64,000 nt of DNA from Chrysomallon squamiferum (GCA_012295275.1 CM022671.1:14694001-14758000), one strand, 5' to 3'; numbered from the stretch's first letter, positions 25,301 through 40,766 are shown. Numbers and translations: made by a program. Notes: a model not told the origin generated them from the letters alone.

Positions 25301-28300
25301 TATCAACAAACACACCTATCAGTTGTATTTTTCTTTCTTTTTTCTTCTTTTTTTCAATGGGCATATACAAGGTCATTTAAAGGTGATTTAAGCAATGCAT
25401 GTAGATTTGGCTGAAATTATTTTTCAGATAATTAATTGTCTGTGCACCGTAAATGAAACAGTCTGATTTCAATAACTAATTTCATCTTTTAGTTTCACAC
25501 CAGCACTTCATTATTATATTCTTAAATTATAACATTTTTTTTTTCTTTATAAATCAGGCTAAATTAGAAGTGTTTTTATTTATTTATTTATTTATTAATT
25601 CTTTTGTAATTTTTGTTTGTTTTTGTTTTTCATCCTCATATTATTTTTTCATAAAGTCATATTAAGTATTTAATATTTTTGTAGTTACTTCTGGAACGAC
25701 AGGCTGATGTGGGTGTTCGAGATAAGGATGGATTAACACCATCAATGTGGGCTTGTCGTATGGACAACATCAAACATTTTGATTTGATCAGCAGAAGTGA
25801 AAACTGTCACGTTGAGGAACCAGATGGCATAGAACGTGATTACTCCAATAGGACGTGGATGCATTGGTCAATCCGAAGAACAGAGCCTTTGGAATGTCTT
25901 CAGGTACGTGCATTTTCAACATGGTGTCTTTAACTTACTTTAACTAATATACCAGTTACAGAGATTGGAGATAATATTTTTGCATTCATATTAAATGCGT
26001 ATTACTGTTTAACATGAACAAGTATATTATAGTGGTGTTAGTGTATTTAATTAATATACTTATTAAATTACTTTATCATATTTCAGCATATTTGTCTTGG
26101 TTTGCAAATTCATGTCAAACATAAAGGGATTTTGCTTGTAAACAACTGCCAGTTTGGCAGAAACCATTACTGAAATGATTAATACCTGATGTTGAAATGA
26201 ATTTGCAAAAAAACATGTGAAAAAAATAAATATGTAGAGGGCAATAATTCTTAATAGGCATAGTAGATTATTAAAGTCAGTTATTGAATGTACTATTTAA
26301 TTTATAGTAAGATTTGTTAAAATGGATCTTAGTTAACATTTTCTTTCTTTTATTATGGCACTTCAGACATGATAACATTCCATGATCATTGTAATATGTA
26401 ACAAAGTTATCTTCCCTACATAAATATATATTTTTTATTATTATAAATAACCACCAACAAGTTAATAAGAAGATAAGAAATGAAATGGTTCAAGTAAATT
26501 ATAAACTGCTGTCATAATCTTTTACTACTGTGTTGTTTATTTCAGACATTGTTAACAGCCAGCAATGCTACTCTGAAGGACATTGATGGCAAAACTGTGC
26601 TACATCTTGCTGCTGAAATGGGTATTTTATGAAATTATTTACAAGTCTTATTAAATTAACTACAATAGACAATATCTGAATTGGTTTCCTTGAGACTTCT
26701 GGTTCCAGTTGTGAACACATTCAATCCGGATTCCTCATTTTTGCAGTTTTGCTATGGGGAAAAACATTTTTTATGATGTATACATTTTTCAGTAAACATA
26801 ATAAGTGAAAAATTTAATTTAGACACATGGGTGATATTTAGTTTAATTTTTTATTTTGTTAGGTACAGTGTCAGTTTTAATTAAGCTTCTTGTTATGAAA
26901 TGGCATGTGAAATTTATTTGTAATTAGTTATTTTTAAATGTTTTGATAGGAAATGTATTTCTTGTGTGAACACAGGAACACATTTAACTGACTTGCCTTG
27001 AATCTAACCTTACTAAAGAGAAGCCGACCAGATGATTTTAATTTGAAAAGTATCTTATTTGTATCAGTTTACTTTTTACAGGTTCATTGGCAGCTTGTCG
27101 GGTAATTTTGGAAATTGCAGACAAAACATGCATTCTAGATCGTGAGAAGACGGGAAAGACGGCACTTCATCTGGCAACTATTGGTGGACATGGTGATGTT
27201 GTCAATTTTCTGTTGGAACAAGGCAGTAAGCATGTTAGAAATTAATTCCTTTTTTTCATGCTGGAAGATTGTTTACATAATGAATTATTAAAAAAAATTA
27301 TGGGAATATATAGGTGGTCCGTTATTTCATAGTGGAAGAAATCACCTTTTGAAATAAATCTTAAACATTTTGTCTTACAGTTGATCTAAATGTTGAGGAT
27401 CACATGGGTGCTACTGCATGGAATTATGCCAGGAATCAGCAGCTGCACTATTGCCAGCTGATTCTTATGTCACATCAGCGACAACGTCTTGCTAGCAACC
27501 GAGGAGCTACTGTGTCTAAGGGCATGGGTTTGATTGACAACATCAAGCTTGGTTAATGGAGACATGCAAATGCATCCAGACTTCTATAACAGTAGAGAGA
27601 GTGTAAGACAATAACACACTGTGAATTTTTCTATATTAATAAACTGCTCAAATATACCTCTCAGTTCTGTCCAAGACAGGGATGCTAATGAAGTTCAGAT
27701 AAAGTAAATATATAAGGACTGGTATTATGCTATGAATGTGTGGAAACCAATCTTTCTTTTTACTGCATCTCTCTAATCTACATAATTCAGTTATATTAAT
27801 TTCTACTGTTAAGAAAATTTGTTTGAATTCATAAAATGTATTTAGACTTGAAAAAATCAACATTTTTTTTTTTTTTGAATTTTAGAGAAATGGTCATTTA
27901 CATATACGATTAACAATATTTGAAATTTATACACATGATGATACATTACTGAAAAGGTTTAAGACTAATTTATAACAGAGAATTCTGACTATCTGGATAT
28001 TTTATTTTTTAAAATCATATTAAGGTTTGGTGAATTTTATTTTAACTAAAAAATTTAAAAAGTTAAAAGTGTAATATTTTCTTTCACAGAGCTGGAAGGG
28101 AAAGTCTGGAAACACAACTCCAATTACTCCTCCTCATCCCCCAAAACGTCCAAGAACAGGTCGTCTTCCTATTTCACGCAGAACCAAGAGTCTCTCCTCT
28201 TCTCAGCAGAACTGTGATCCATCCTTGGAAGTAAATGCAGAAAGGGCAGTTAATAGTGCCGGCAAGGAGAAAAAGAAAGAAAGAATAGAGGTTAGGTCCC

Positions 28301-28539
28301 TTTGTTTACTATAGTTTATTCTTTCTTTGAATTAATCAAGTAGACGTAGTCCTAAAACCAAAAATGTTTAGAAACAACCTAATCTGATATTTAGTTCAAT
28401 AATGCTTTGTTCTTTCAGGTTAGCATTGATACCAGGAAGGCATCTGCAATGGCTTTTTATAACAATGGCAGAGAAGAAAGTGCAATGATAACTGATGAAA
28501 AGCAAGGTATGTTTTGTTTATGAATACAAAATACACTAC

Positions 28540-28571
<32 letters not shown>

Positions 28572-31500
28572 CAGTTCAGCAGATTGAATTTTTAAAAAAA
28601 ATTTCTTAGCGCATTGTCATTGGGTTAAGAATTTTAAGAAATTAAAGAACAATAATGAAGGCTAAATTTCACCCCATAGAACCCTGAAACATCAACTTTA
28701 ACATCATGTGAACAGATGCTTTGCTCAGCAGATCATTCTTTCTGGAATTGCCACCAATTGAGACACTGCAGCAGATATAGGAAATAAAATTTAAGAGCAT
28801 TTATGTGATTAATTTATTTAAGATCCATTTAGTTTAAATTAATCAATAACAAAATAAATGGTTATTCTATACAGTACATTATCATGATGCTTATGTAGAA
28901 ATAATTTAAAATTTTGTTTCTATAATCTGTATTGAAGTAAGATGTGGCCATATAGGTATATAAATTGTGTCATGTGGCTGACCTGCATTTTGTGTCTTTT
29001 TATCCAGTTTTTCATTGTTTCTCAATGTATACATTACTGTATCTGTTGCTATAGTTTGTATTTGGTTAGAATAAAGATTTATAGTATTTAGAACAGTTAT
29101 CACCCAGAATGATGTCATGATCTCAGAGTATGGTGTCAAAATTATGCCTTGAATGTAGGGAAGGTTGTGGAACAGAATGGCACAACTGGTTGAATAAATA
29201 CTGAAATACTGTCTTTGAGTTTCATTTGAATAATGCAGTAAAGTTTTGCTCAACCCAATATAATTTGCTGCACTTGACTTCATAGCTGTGTTTCCCACTA
29301 GGTGACGACCAGGTAGACGAAGATGTGGAGGCTGTCAGTGTAGGCGGCATGGACGTATCAGACATAGATGATGATGAACAACCTAAATCACCTAGCTTCA
29401 CTCAGCCTGCACAGATAGCAACCTTGAGACCTTCTCCTCCTTCAAGATTCAGAACTCCTCAAATGACAGCAGTCTCATATTCAGAGGTTAGCAAAGTCAT
29501 TTATTAACAGATTACAGTTTTGAAAATTTTCTTTTCTAACAGTTGATAGTATCAGATTAAAACTGTTTTAGCCAAATTTAACCTGTTTTTCCTGTAATGT
29601 AGAGAGCCATAATTTCACATTATTTGTGTTACTAATGTCTGTCAAATGTTTTGACAAATAAATTGTGCTTGGTACTGCATGCTGGTACGTTTTCTATGCA
29701 CTGGTGTATATATCAGCCATTAAGTTACTGATTCAAATTGTGTACAACTTTTTATAACAGTTTATATTCACATATTACATTATATGCATTTCAGGAACCT
29801 CCATTTCAAAATTCAACACTGAAACGGAATCATGTTGACAGTAAAGACACACAAATTGAAAATCATACAGTTTATGAAGACACAGGTGCACATCCACATT
29901 ATCAACAATACCAGCCAATGTCTGCTCAACATCAACAACAGCATCAAAACCAGGGCCCTGTACATGAACCTTTCCGATCTGGCCTGGTCCAGCGCCATCA
30001 GATGTATCAAGGTCAAGGACTCTATCGATCAGGTCGGGCTGGAGCCACACCTTCTGCTCCATCAAACATTCCTCAAAGACCACATGCAATCAGGCAGCAC
30101 CAGCCATTGCCAGCCCACCCAACAACTAGAGAACATTCCTTGGCCCCTGCAAAAGTCCGAAGCCACGAACAAGAGCAGGTGAGCAGTCCACCTCTGTCGA
30201 GTGGGTCAGATCAACCAAGTGGAAAGTCAGGACCTCGTGGCACCAGCCCTAATGAAGCCAACAGACCGAATTCAGGAGGAACAAAGCCACCAGGTTTGTT
30301 TTGACTTCTCTTGTTTTATTTATATATTTATATATAAATGATTTTTTTAATTGTAACTGTTGCCTCATATCAGGTTTTTAAGCTGCGCTTCCATGGTTTG
30401 AGTAACTATAGTAGAATTTTTGATTTGAAAATACCTTAAATATTTTTATTATTATGATAATATAATCTAATTCAAAGATGTTTCAAAACTATTTGTTTGG
30501 TGTCTATATAAAACAAAACTATATAGTTTGCAGTGAAAATAAACTGTCATTGATATTGTAAATTAAACAAACATTCTGTTTAGAAAACTGACAGGAAAAT
30601 CACTATTTTATATAAATTAAAAATTAATACACAGTAAGCAGACTGCATCAGATTCACTGGTAATTTTAATTATTATTAAGTTGAAAATATAGCACAGGGT
30701 CATAAAAGGCTATATATCATTCAACACACAAGATAAAAGGAAGATAATGGCATAAATGGATTTTGTTATAAATATTTATTTTTGGAGAATTTATTAAATT
30801 TTAATTGTTGCTCTAAAAATATGAAAAAAGTGATTTGTAGTTGTTTTTAACAAACAGATTCTGTTATATTGTATTGTCTTTGGTATTTTATATTGTTAAC
30901 TGAAATGTTTTTTGCTCAAACCAGTAAAAATGCTATTGTATGTCTTGAAGGAATTCTTGAAGGTAGAAGAATACCTCCACCAATGCTCACTCCTTTGCCA
31001 AATGCACCGAAACCACCTAATGCCGATAGGATGGAAAAAATAGAAAGAAAGAAAAAGAAAAAGAAAAGTGACAAAGATCAAGATACTAAATCTCCTCCAC
31101 AGAATCCACTTGACATTCCCCAGCCACGGGGATATGCCGCGCCTCTTCACCCCTTCCCACAGGGTCAGCCACCTGGACGAATTCAGTCTGGGGTTCAGTC
31201 AGGCCCAAGGTTTTCAAGACACGAGCCTCAGTACCATGACTCTCGGTACATTATGTGATAAAATCTTTTAAAAAGAATATTTTGTGATTAATATGAGTAA
31301 TAATCATCTTTGTCTTCAATGAATGTCAGTTCACAGATAGGTGTAAAGCAGATTTAAATGTTGTAATGATGTGAAGGATATTTTCATATTTATTCGATAT
31401 TAAGTATTAAAGTTTATTTTGAAGTTATTTTCAGTTGATAAAAACAGGACAGATAATTAATACAGCTGGTAACTAAGATATAGACATCACTGTTAGCTTT

Positions 31501-34500
31501 GTTTAGCTTTGTTTCACTTACAGAAGGTTCAAAGTGGTATGTTAAAATTTAATAAAATCTACACATAATTAAATTTCCTGTCATTCTTTTACATAGGCAT
31601 GTTGATGGCATAGCAGACGATGCTGCTCCAGTTGTACAAGGGCATTCACTCGGCATTCAGGACGGCTCTGCCAGGGGAACACACAGAGCTGCTGAAAACT
31701 CAGCAGAGAGTGAAAACGTCAGAGATGAAGCAAACACAGACAGCTTCATTCAGCCATGCATTGCTGAGGAGGATGAGTTAGAAAGCGGCCCTCTGATCCC
31801 ACCACCACAGGGATTCCAGTCCACTGTTCAAGGCAGGCAACTCTCACAGTCCATTCCACAGGTATGTTGCTTTGAAACATTTAGTTATAAGCCATTCATA
31901 GATGTAAACAGAATTGTACTTAGATTTAACTGCCAGGTTGGCTTATCTTTTTTTAGTGTTTATTTTTTTAAAAACAGCTTGAAGTATGTGCTTTTACTAG
32001 TTAATTATTAAGCTTCTTACGCTTAGATAAATAATTTCTGTTTTAAAAATCCAAATGATTAAAATTATATATATATTTTTTTATTTTTTTTTTATTTTAT
32101 TATTATTATTTTTTATTTATTTATTTATTTATTTATTATTATTATTTTAAATTTTTGGGATAGAAAAACAAAGAAAAGAATAACTAGGTATATAAGAAGT
32201 TGTTTTGTCGTGATTATCTTCACTAGTCAGATCATAGTGTGTTTCATATTGTTGTCCTTTCCTTCAGTTGTAACCCTGCGGGTCCTCAGCACCCAAAACC
32301 AGTGGTAAGACATCATGCATGACGTCTGTCTGTAGTCTTAGTGTACTGCTTGTGCTTTTAGATGTTGTTATTTTACAGTTCCTTCTTGACTGTCCATTAG
32401 CCACATTCTATAATCAGTCACCAAGATTGTTTGCATGTTTATTTCAATTACACATTCAGTGCTGAACTGTTAAGTCGTATTAGTATGATTTAAATATAAC
32501 TTTTTTTCGAATAGCAATACCCATATATGATGTATTATTTGCAGTGTAGTATTCTTACGAAAAAAGAAAAGTTCCATATCAAATATACATTTTTATTATC
32601 TCAGTTACTTTTGTCATATGTTACAGTTTTATTATGACTTTATATTTTTTCAGCAGTTCTAGAGGATAATAAATAAAAAAACTAACACAAAACTATTATA
32701 TTTCAACACCTTTTTTTTTTTTTTTGATATGCATGCTTTCACATTTTTTATTTTGGCTGAAAATATGTACACAAAATTATTAAAAATTTTCACGCTAGTC
32801 TGATATTATTTAAAATGCACCAGTTGAACAGTGAAATGGTGAAACAGTATCGTGTATACATCAGTCATGCTGTTGCATTTATGTCCGTCTGGCCAAATCT
32901 GATTATAAGAGATCAAACAGCAATAAAATACTTTATTTTGCAATTTTCATAGTTTCTGACATTTTTGTCTCTTTACAAGAAACAATCTATCAGCAGTTGT
33001 TGATATTCAGGTTGTTAAAGATTGTCTAAATGAGATTAACTGTATTCTGCAAACATAACAGTGATTCAAATGATTCATAGCAATCTGAAGAGGAAACTGA
33101 TTATGTGAACTGAAGACAAATGTGAAAACTGTGATAGCAAGCTATGATAAAAAAATTTTTTAATAATATAAAAATTAAAACAGATTGTTATATCTGCAAA
33201 GCACATGAACAAGGAATTTGAAAACTTTGTTATTATTTTATGAACTATATAATTCAGAGGCAGAGAAATGCTGCTTGCCCCACAAGTCTGATAAGTTTAT
33301 TATCTGTCTTTAGTTGAATGTACACTGACTAAATTATGAATTCTTTAATTCTGGATTTTTTCCTATTTACTGATTGAACAAGCCAAATTTGCATTCTAAT
33401 ACTTGTGTTGTCATTTTTCAATTTAAACATTCCAAGGTCACTGCACAAACTACTTGATAATTTGTGTTGTATTTTTTGTTTTATTTTTTGCTGTTGAGTA
33501 TACTGTATGGGATGGTATCACAACTTCAGCTATGAAGTGGATGACCAGGCAGTATTATTTACACTATGATGCCAGATACAAATGAACCAGTATAGACATA
33601 AATGTATTTAACCCATAATTTTTTTCTTAACCATGTGCATTTTAAAGCATGATTAAACTGTGTGTTGTCAGTATTTCTGATGTTGTTGATATTTTATTCT
33701 GAAACACAACATATCAGTCAAGCATGATTATGTAAACTGGCTTTCACACACGTCATTTTTAAATGTTCATCATTTAATTTTATTTTGTTGATAGTGGGCT
33801 AAGTTGATTAACTCATACATTTGTTTTTGTTTTGTATGAAATAAGATTTTTATTAATTTATATTTCATGTTTATCATGAAAAAGAACTGAGATTTTATAT
33901 TTTGGGTTTGAAATTATTTGCAGATTTTTTAACGTACTTTTTTCCTTTCACACAAAAACATTGCCCAGTTAATAATATATTTTAATCTTTTTAAAATTTA
34001 ACTTAAAATAATTTTATCTTATTAAGAAATAAAGCATAACTGAAAACTTTTTTCCAAGAATATCCTTAAGATTTAAGAAAGTCTAGTGATTAACATTAAA
34101 TTAATGCTTTGTTTAGATATATCAAAAGGATTTATTTTGAAATTTAAACTCAAGTTATCTGAAATTTAAAATCAAATTATCTGAAATTTAAAATCAAATT
34201 ATCTGAAATTAAATTCTTCAGTAAATCGTAACATCTTAAAAAATCAGTTTAAAAATATATTTGATATCTTACTATTATTAGTGCTTAAAACATTTACTTG
34301 GAAATGATTGGTTATAGAAATGGTCTATTTATTTCAGTTGATTTCTTTTGGTTTTCAATCACTTTGATTATTTCTTGTTCAGATTATAATCAAGCAATTG
34401 ATCTTTCAGCTTTCGGTGTTCTGGTTTCTTTTTTATTATTATTTTATATTATGGTGATTGAGAAATATACTCTGAAACGTTGAAGTTATTTGACAATTTT

Positions 34501-35090
34501 GATAAAATAAAATTTTAAAATAACAATTTGCTGCTTATCAAAAGGCAAGTGTTTTGTAAATGCACAGAATAATGTAAATTAAAGTATTATATTCTCATCT
34601 TATAAATTATTTATTATTTCCTTATTCAAACTACATAAAGTTAAATTGTTTGAAATTTCTCACTCTGTAGATAGTTAGTAGCAGTTCATCATGCATTTTA
34701 ATAATGACTGTTAAAAATAACTTACAAACTTAATATTAATTTCTAATTCAAAATAACACCTCCAGCTACATTAAAAAGAATAGTTCTAGTGAATTTAAGT
34801 TTTATAATCCAAATACATGCAAAGTTAACACTGTTTCTAGGCAGTTTTGTTTTCAGCCTGTATTACTGCATGAAAGTGTGTACTGATGCTGTTGTTGTTT
34901 TCAGGATACTAAACAAACGAAGATGGCTCCTACCAGTGCTAAGCCGCCGTTGCCGAGAGGACGTAACAGTGCGTCGATGTTCGGCCGCAGCAGCGTTCAG
35001 AACTACGGCCGCTCCTCTCGCAGTTCTCTGTCTTCACGCAGCTCTGCTATCAGACGCACACCCCACCCTCCTAGTAGATCAGAAAACTAG
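22336..35090 (+). CDS. Ankyrin-repeat protein with a long Pro/Gln/Ser-rich disordered C-terminus; 15 exons; one-base frame discontinuity in exon 8
   Basis: Exons 22336-22381, 23220-23591, 24629-24757, 25126-25280, 25685-25903, 26546-26621, 27082-27225, 27381-27602, 28090-28290, 28419-28506, 29302-29486, 29795-30293, 30951-31245, 31597-31861, 34905-35090; all GT-AG. Ankyrin motifs: DGIGRTAVTYS, DGSTALHRAC, NGRAPIHWAV, DGLTPSMWAC, DGKTVLHLAAEMG, TGKTALHLATIGGH, MGATAWNYA. Total 3082 nt = 3n+1, with in-frame TAA at 27554-27556. The first exon is the least certain. Confidence 0.8.
32268..32304 (+). other. Candidate 37-nt alternative cassette exon of the ankyrin gene introducing a stop codon
   Basis: Acceptor gttgtcctttccttcag| and donor |gtaaga. 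Reads TTG TAA in the incoming phase 0. Three TGCATG motifs lie in the downstream intron. Confidence 0.55.
34155..34212. repeat. 22-bp tandem repeat, about 2.6 copies
   Basis: TTATCTGAAATTTAAAATCAAA repeated. Confidence 0.8.
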
Positions 35091-36254
35091 TGACATCCTT
35101 CAAATAATGCTTTTGCTTCAACTCCAAGTAAACAAAACAATAACACAAAAACTATGAAAGGATGATACTGTGATATTTTTACAGTGATATGTTTTATTCA
35201 GACTGAATTCAAAGTGTGAGGAAAGGTCTTTATTTTTTATTTATTTATTTATTTATTTATTATTTTTGTTTTTTTGTCTCCGACTGATTCATAGTTTTTC
35301 AGATTGGAATATTTTTTTGGAAAGTCTGTTTATTGCTTTTGTTACAAGGTCACTCTGAAATATCCGTCCATTTTTAACTGACTTTTGTTTTGAGTATCTG
35401 AAATTTTCTACTCCAGTTTGAGCCTTAAAACAAATCCACTGAACAGTAATTTAAAGACACGCACACACAGATTCATAAATCACACTTCCTTCTCAAATCA
35501 GTAACTGAAACAGAAAGAGGTAAATCATTATTTATTTATCTATAGTGAGTGGTAGATGACCCTGTTATTGCCCAGCTTAAATGTATCATGTGTGATACAA
35601 ACAAAGATTAAAGAGTTAGTACTCTTTGTTGTGATGATAAACCACTACACTTAATGTTTAAAATTACTCTAACTGTTCTCTGATTACTGAAACTTGCATT
35701 CCAGACGGTCATTAAGAATATGTTATCAAGAGATGGCCATTATCTTTTAAACAGTTTATTTCATCTTTGTGACAATTATCACAGCATTAGGCACATGTCA
35801 GTTTGTTTTTAATTAATTTCCTTATTGTACACTTTAATGTTAATACATGTCTGTTTTATTTTAATATAAAGCATTACTGAAGACTGTCACTTTGAAAAAG
35901 ACAAGCCTTTATGTTTGGTAAGAAAGTGAAAAAAGTTTATAAAATGTGTTTTGACTTATAAGATTGTCATATTACATTGTCATGTCGTTACATTTTAAAT
36001 AAATTCCCTCTGCTCTTCATATGATGACAGTCGACTGTAATTACTTCATATCACATATTAAATGTGCCTGTTGACTCCAAGAAATTATCTAAAACACTTC
36101 ACTGAAATAATATTAAATTACAGTTTTTAAATATAAGTTCCTGTGCTTCCAAAACAGATCTTGATGCATGCACAGTTAGACTGCTGTATTTTAACTATTT
36201 AATCCAGACTAAACACTTTGTCATTCAATGTATAAAAAAATATATTTTTTAAAT

Positions 36255-36290
<36 letters not shown>

Positions 36291-39200
36291 TATTATTATT
36301 ATTATTATTATTTTTATTATTTATTTATTTATTTATTTACTGTTAACATATTTTTCTTTTTCCTTTATTAATTTTTGGATTACATGGGGAGTTTGAAACA
36401 TCTGTAATGATTATAGTCATCATAATACCTATGAAATTTGTTTAATATTTATTATTAAAATGGCCGGATGACAAAATAATTATTAACAAACAATATTTAT
36501 ATAATTTTGAAGTATCTAAAAGGTATGATTTTTATGAATTGGAATGATTCATGTTTCACTACTTTTTTTTTCTTTTTTTTTTTCATCATTGAAAAGGCTC
36601 TATAACTTTTCTGTTAATTATTATTATTTATATTGATATATATGTATATATATAGTATATTATTACAATGGTGTAATAGTATTTTGTATGTAAAATATAC
36701 TTGTTAAATTATTTATTTTGATATTTTATGTTTTATATAGTATTTATAATATTTTTATTATATAGTGTAGATCAGTCTTTAATTATCTCTTTGTATTTCA
36801 TCATCTATCAGAAAAATAATAAACAAATTTTGTAATATGATATAAATATATATAAGTAATGTGAGATATTTATATAAAAGCATGATAGTAAATATTTGAA
36901 AAAGTATTTAAAATCTTGGTCTTAAGAATTTTTATTGGTTCTCTGGAAGACAAATAAAACCATATTTTCTTGCATTTTGGTTGTCCATAAGAAAATTACA
37001 ATTATTTCTTTCATTGTAAAAATGTTTTGTATTTTGTCAGATCTATTTTTTTATGATTGTGTCTTGTAGAATCATCCAAAGACTATTTTTGTAGTACAAG
37101 CCACATGATGTTTCAGCCAAATTTGATACTTCAGAGAACAGAAAAATTAGAAAAACTTTAAATGTGCATAACTGTATTCTTCAGTTTAATTTTGTATAAT
37201 TGGTTCAAAGAATTAAGTTGCAGACTTTTTAACTCGTTACAGGTGATGGATAACTCTACAAATTGAGGACTTGCATAAAAAACAAAAATTAAATTAATTA
37301 AATAAATACATAAATAAAAAGAAAATTATCTATAAAAATCCTGAATATTTTATACCTATTAAAAATAATTTGGTACACTGTAATAACAGAAATTTTTACA
37401 AAGTAGTTTTGTATTATTTTTAAATGTATTTCATTGTTCTTGTAGTGTGATACATTGTAGCTACAGGTTGTACAATGTATTACAAATATCAACAAAATTA
37501 ATCAACTGCTGTGATTTATGTTAATATAAAGAGAATGAGTCAGTATTGTTATATAAAACATTACTATTGAATCCGTCCATTTTTATAATTGTGATTAATT
37601 TGTGTAATGTTTATAATCTCACTGTGATATTTTTACATCAGCACATTCCTCATGTGGCGTTTTGTTAAATATACTTGCTTTATATATGCTATTTTGTAAT
37701 ATGTATGTGTATATTTTAACTGTATAATTTTAAAAGTTTCTATGAATATAATACAACTTTAAACAAAATATTATCCTTTTTTTTTCCTTTTTGTTTTAAA
37801 TAACTCATTAGTTATTATAATTTTTAACTTACCATATTTGCCATAAATTACAAAAGCTTAAAAATAATAAATATAAAACAGAAGTAATTTTCATAAAGTT
37901 ATTTTTATATAACATTTAAAACATTTTTTATAGCTGTTTATTTATAGATTTTGAATGTTTTTATTTTGAATGTTTTTATTTTTTTTTATTTTTTTTATTT
38001 ATTCTCTTTTTAAACACATATTGTCAGCCTATGGGTATCTGGATCTACAATCCCCTCTATAATATTATGTTTAAAATGTAATTACTCAAAGTATTTTCAA
38101 ACTGCAGTTGGTCAAAGCTCACAGATGAGGAAAACTAATTATATTTTACAAATTCTAAATTAAAATGCAATCATAAAGAGTAAGAAATAGATGATTTAAA
38201 AAAGAAAAAGAAAATCAAATTATTTAGGTTAAACAAATGGAATCAACTAAATGAATAACAGTGTTGATTTTGCATACCAGTATTTTGTTAGCTGACCATA
38301 TTTTGAAAAAGCCAAATTAACTTTATTTACAGAGAAACCAGGATAAAGAATAAGAAAAAGATTATGTTTTTATTTTTATATTATTTGGTTAAACAAAAAG
38401 AATGTGTCTAATTAATAACAGTGTTGATTAATGTATGATTATTAAATCGTAGAATTTACTAGAAAGACTTTTATTAAATAGTATATAGAGAATCTTTTTG
38501 TCTTCTATTTTATTTCATTTTATTTTTTTATTTTTTATTTTATATATATATACAAGTTATTTCTGAAGATTAAAGTATACATCTTTTTTATGTATAAATT
38601 TTATTTCATGCAAAATTATTTTAATTCTAAAGAAGTATCTGGAATAGAACATAATGAATAAATTATGTTTATAAACTGTTTTCTCTGCTGTTATTCAAGT
38701 GTTTTGTTGTATTTGTTTATTCATACATAGAAATGGGTTGGGATGTTATTTTTATTGCTTGTATTATATGTATGCAGAACCTCACTGCATTTCACAATTC
38801 TAACTTTTTGTAGGATAAACCTGATATTTTGAGCTACATAACCACAGTTTCTGAATATTTGAAATTTGAAAGCTTTTGGACACTTTGCCTCCTGAAAACT
38901 CTGCTTACATTACATACCCTTTTCAGATCATTACAGACATTTTAATTAAAAAAGGTAAAGTATTTAAAATTGCTTACTGTTCTGTAAATTTAATTCTGTT
39001 TTATGGGTTGGGTATTTGTCCACCTTAATGTGACAGATATTTAAAAGTCATGACTACATTTGAACTGGCTATTGCAATAACATTGTTTGTTCATTTTCCT
39101 CAAACTGACAGATTTCACTCATGTTCTACAAGGCAACTCATTATAACCCTCTCTTTTAGACAGCTGCAGTTTTGATATACATTTTCTCATCTTTTGGTTT

Positions 39201-39945
39201 GAAAATGTTTTATATTTGGTGTTTATGATGGTGTTTCATGGCACATTATTTGAACTCCGCCAATCACTATATGAAATTTAGCCGACTTTCCTTTTATCAT
39301 GAAAATAGGTGTTTTAAAGATACAGAGTGGAAAGATTAGCAAAGAACTAAGAACACAAATTCCAACTAGAATTACAAACAGAGATTTAAAAAAAAATCCA
39401 AAACAGGAAACTATTTTGTGTTTCAGTTTATTGCATTTAAAAACAATAAAATCACAAAATGGTGGTAAGTGATTACTCAGCTTTAAGTTACCTGTATTTG
39501 TATTTGATTTTCAACTTTGATCTCAGGTGAAGAAATTGGTATATCATTATATAAGCATTATTATTGTAGCGTTGGATCTTTTTGATTGCTTATGATTTTT
39601 ACGAAGAATATATTACTTCAGATACGCTAATTAGAAAAAAAAGAGTGATAGAGTCAAATTAACAAAGAATTTCTACAATTGCTGTACAATACTTAAATAT
39701 AAATATAAATGCAAAATAGTAGATAGTGATCATTAAACACATTTCAAAAGGCCTAAGTATAAAGAAAAATGGTTAAACAGTGTGGGTATCATGGCTTAAA
39801 TTAATTTGTGTGTGTGTGTGTGTGTCATTACAGTAAACTCTTGATTAGTGCAGTTATAATGAAAATAATTTCAATTAATTCTTGAAAAGCAGTGTAAAAT
39901 AACATTTATTTTAACTTAAAAGGATTTTTATTTTATTTTAAATGA

Positions 39946-40015
<70 letters not shown>

Positions 40016-40587
40016 AGAGAAATATTCGTAGTCCATTTAACATATATTTGAAATTAAATGCAAGAAAAACTAATCTGAAGCTCAGTGATATTTTATACAC
40101 AATAACTGATTTATGAAGTAATCCAAACCACACTAATAAAGAGATTATTGTACTGAAAAATAAAAACAAAAAGTTAAAATCATTATTCCGTGTATAGTTT
40201 TACAACATTCAACAAAGATGGACAAAAATAGAATAAGTTATTCAGATAAATTACACAGACACTGCAATACTACATGGAAACTCTTCCTTCAACAATGTTT
40301 TCTCAGTATTTCAGCCAATACTTTCACAAAGATTTAGAACTTCTGCATTCTTGCAAAAATGTTGTTAGTTGATGATAAAATTACATATGTCAACATCATG
40401 CATCTTATTGATGATTACTGCTGATTTGAACCCTGTACTTGTCAGAGCTGACAGGACACTGCTGTAATCAATAAAGTGTATTATGTGTGGCAAAATCTGA
40501 GTAAATAAATTTTTAAATCTGATGACAAAATGTTTCAGTGAACAAGCAGTAATTGTTGTAGACGTGGAATAATATTCAGTGTGCATA

Positions 40588-40766
<179 letters not shown>

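Noticed and set aside
29775-31271. Overlapping alternative-frame and antisense ORFs on ankyrin-gene exons
   Set aside because: Shadows of GC-richer coding exons with no independent support.
22336-35090. Ankyrin protein as a MYPT/ASPP-type PP1 regulatory subunit
   Set aside because: No [RK]x0-1[VI]x[FW] docking motif or SH3 domain found by eye; adjacency to PP1 is not sufficient evidence.
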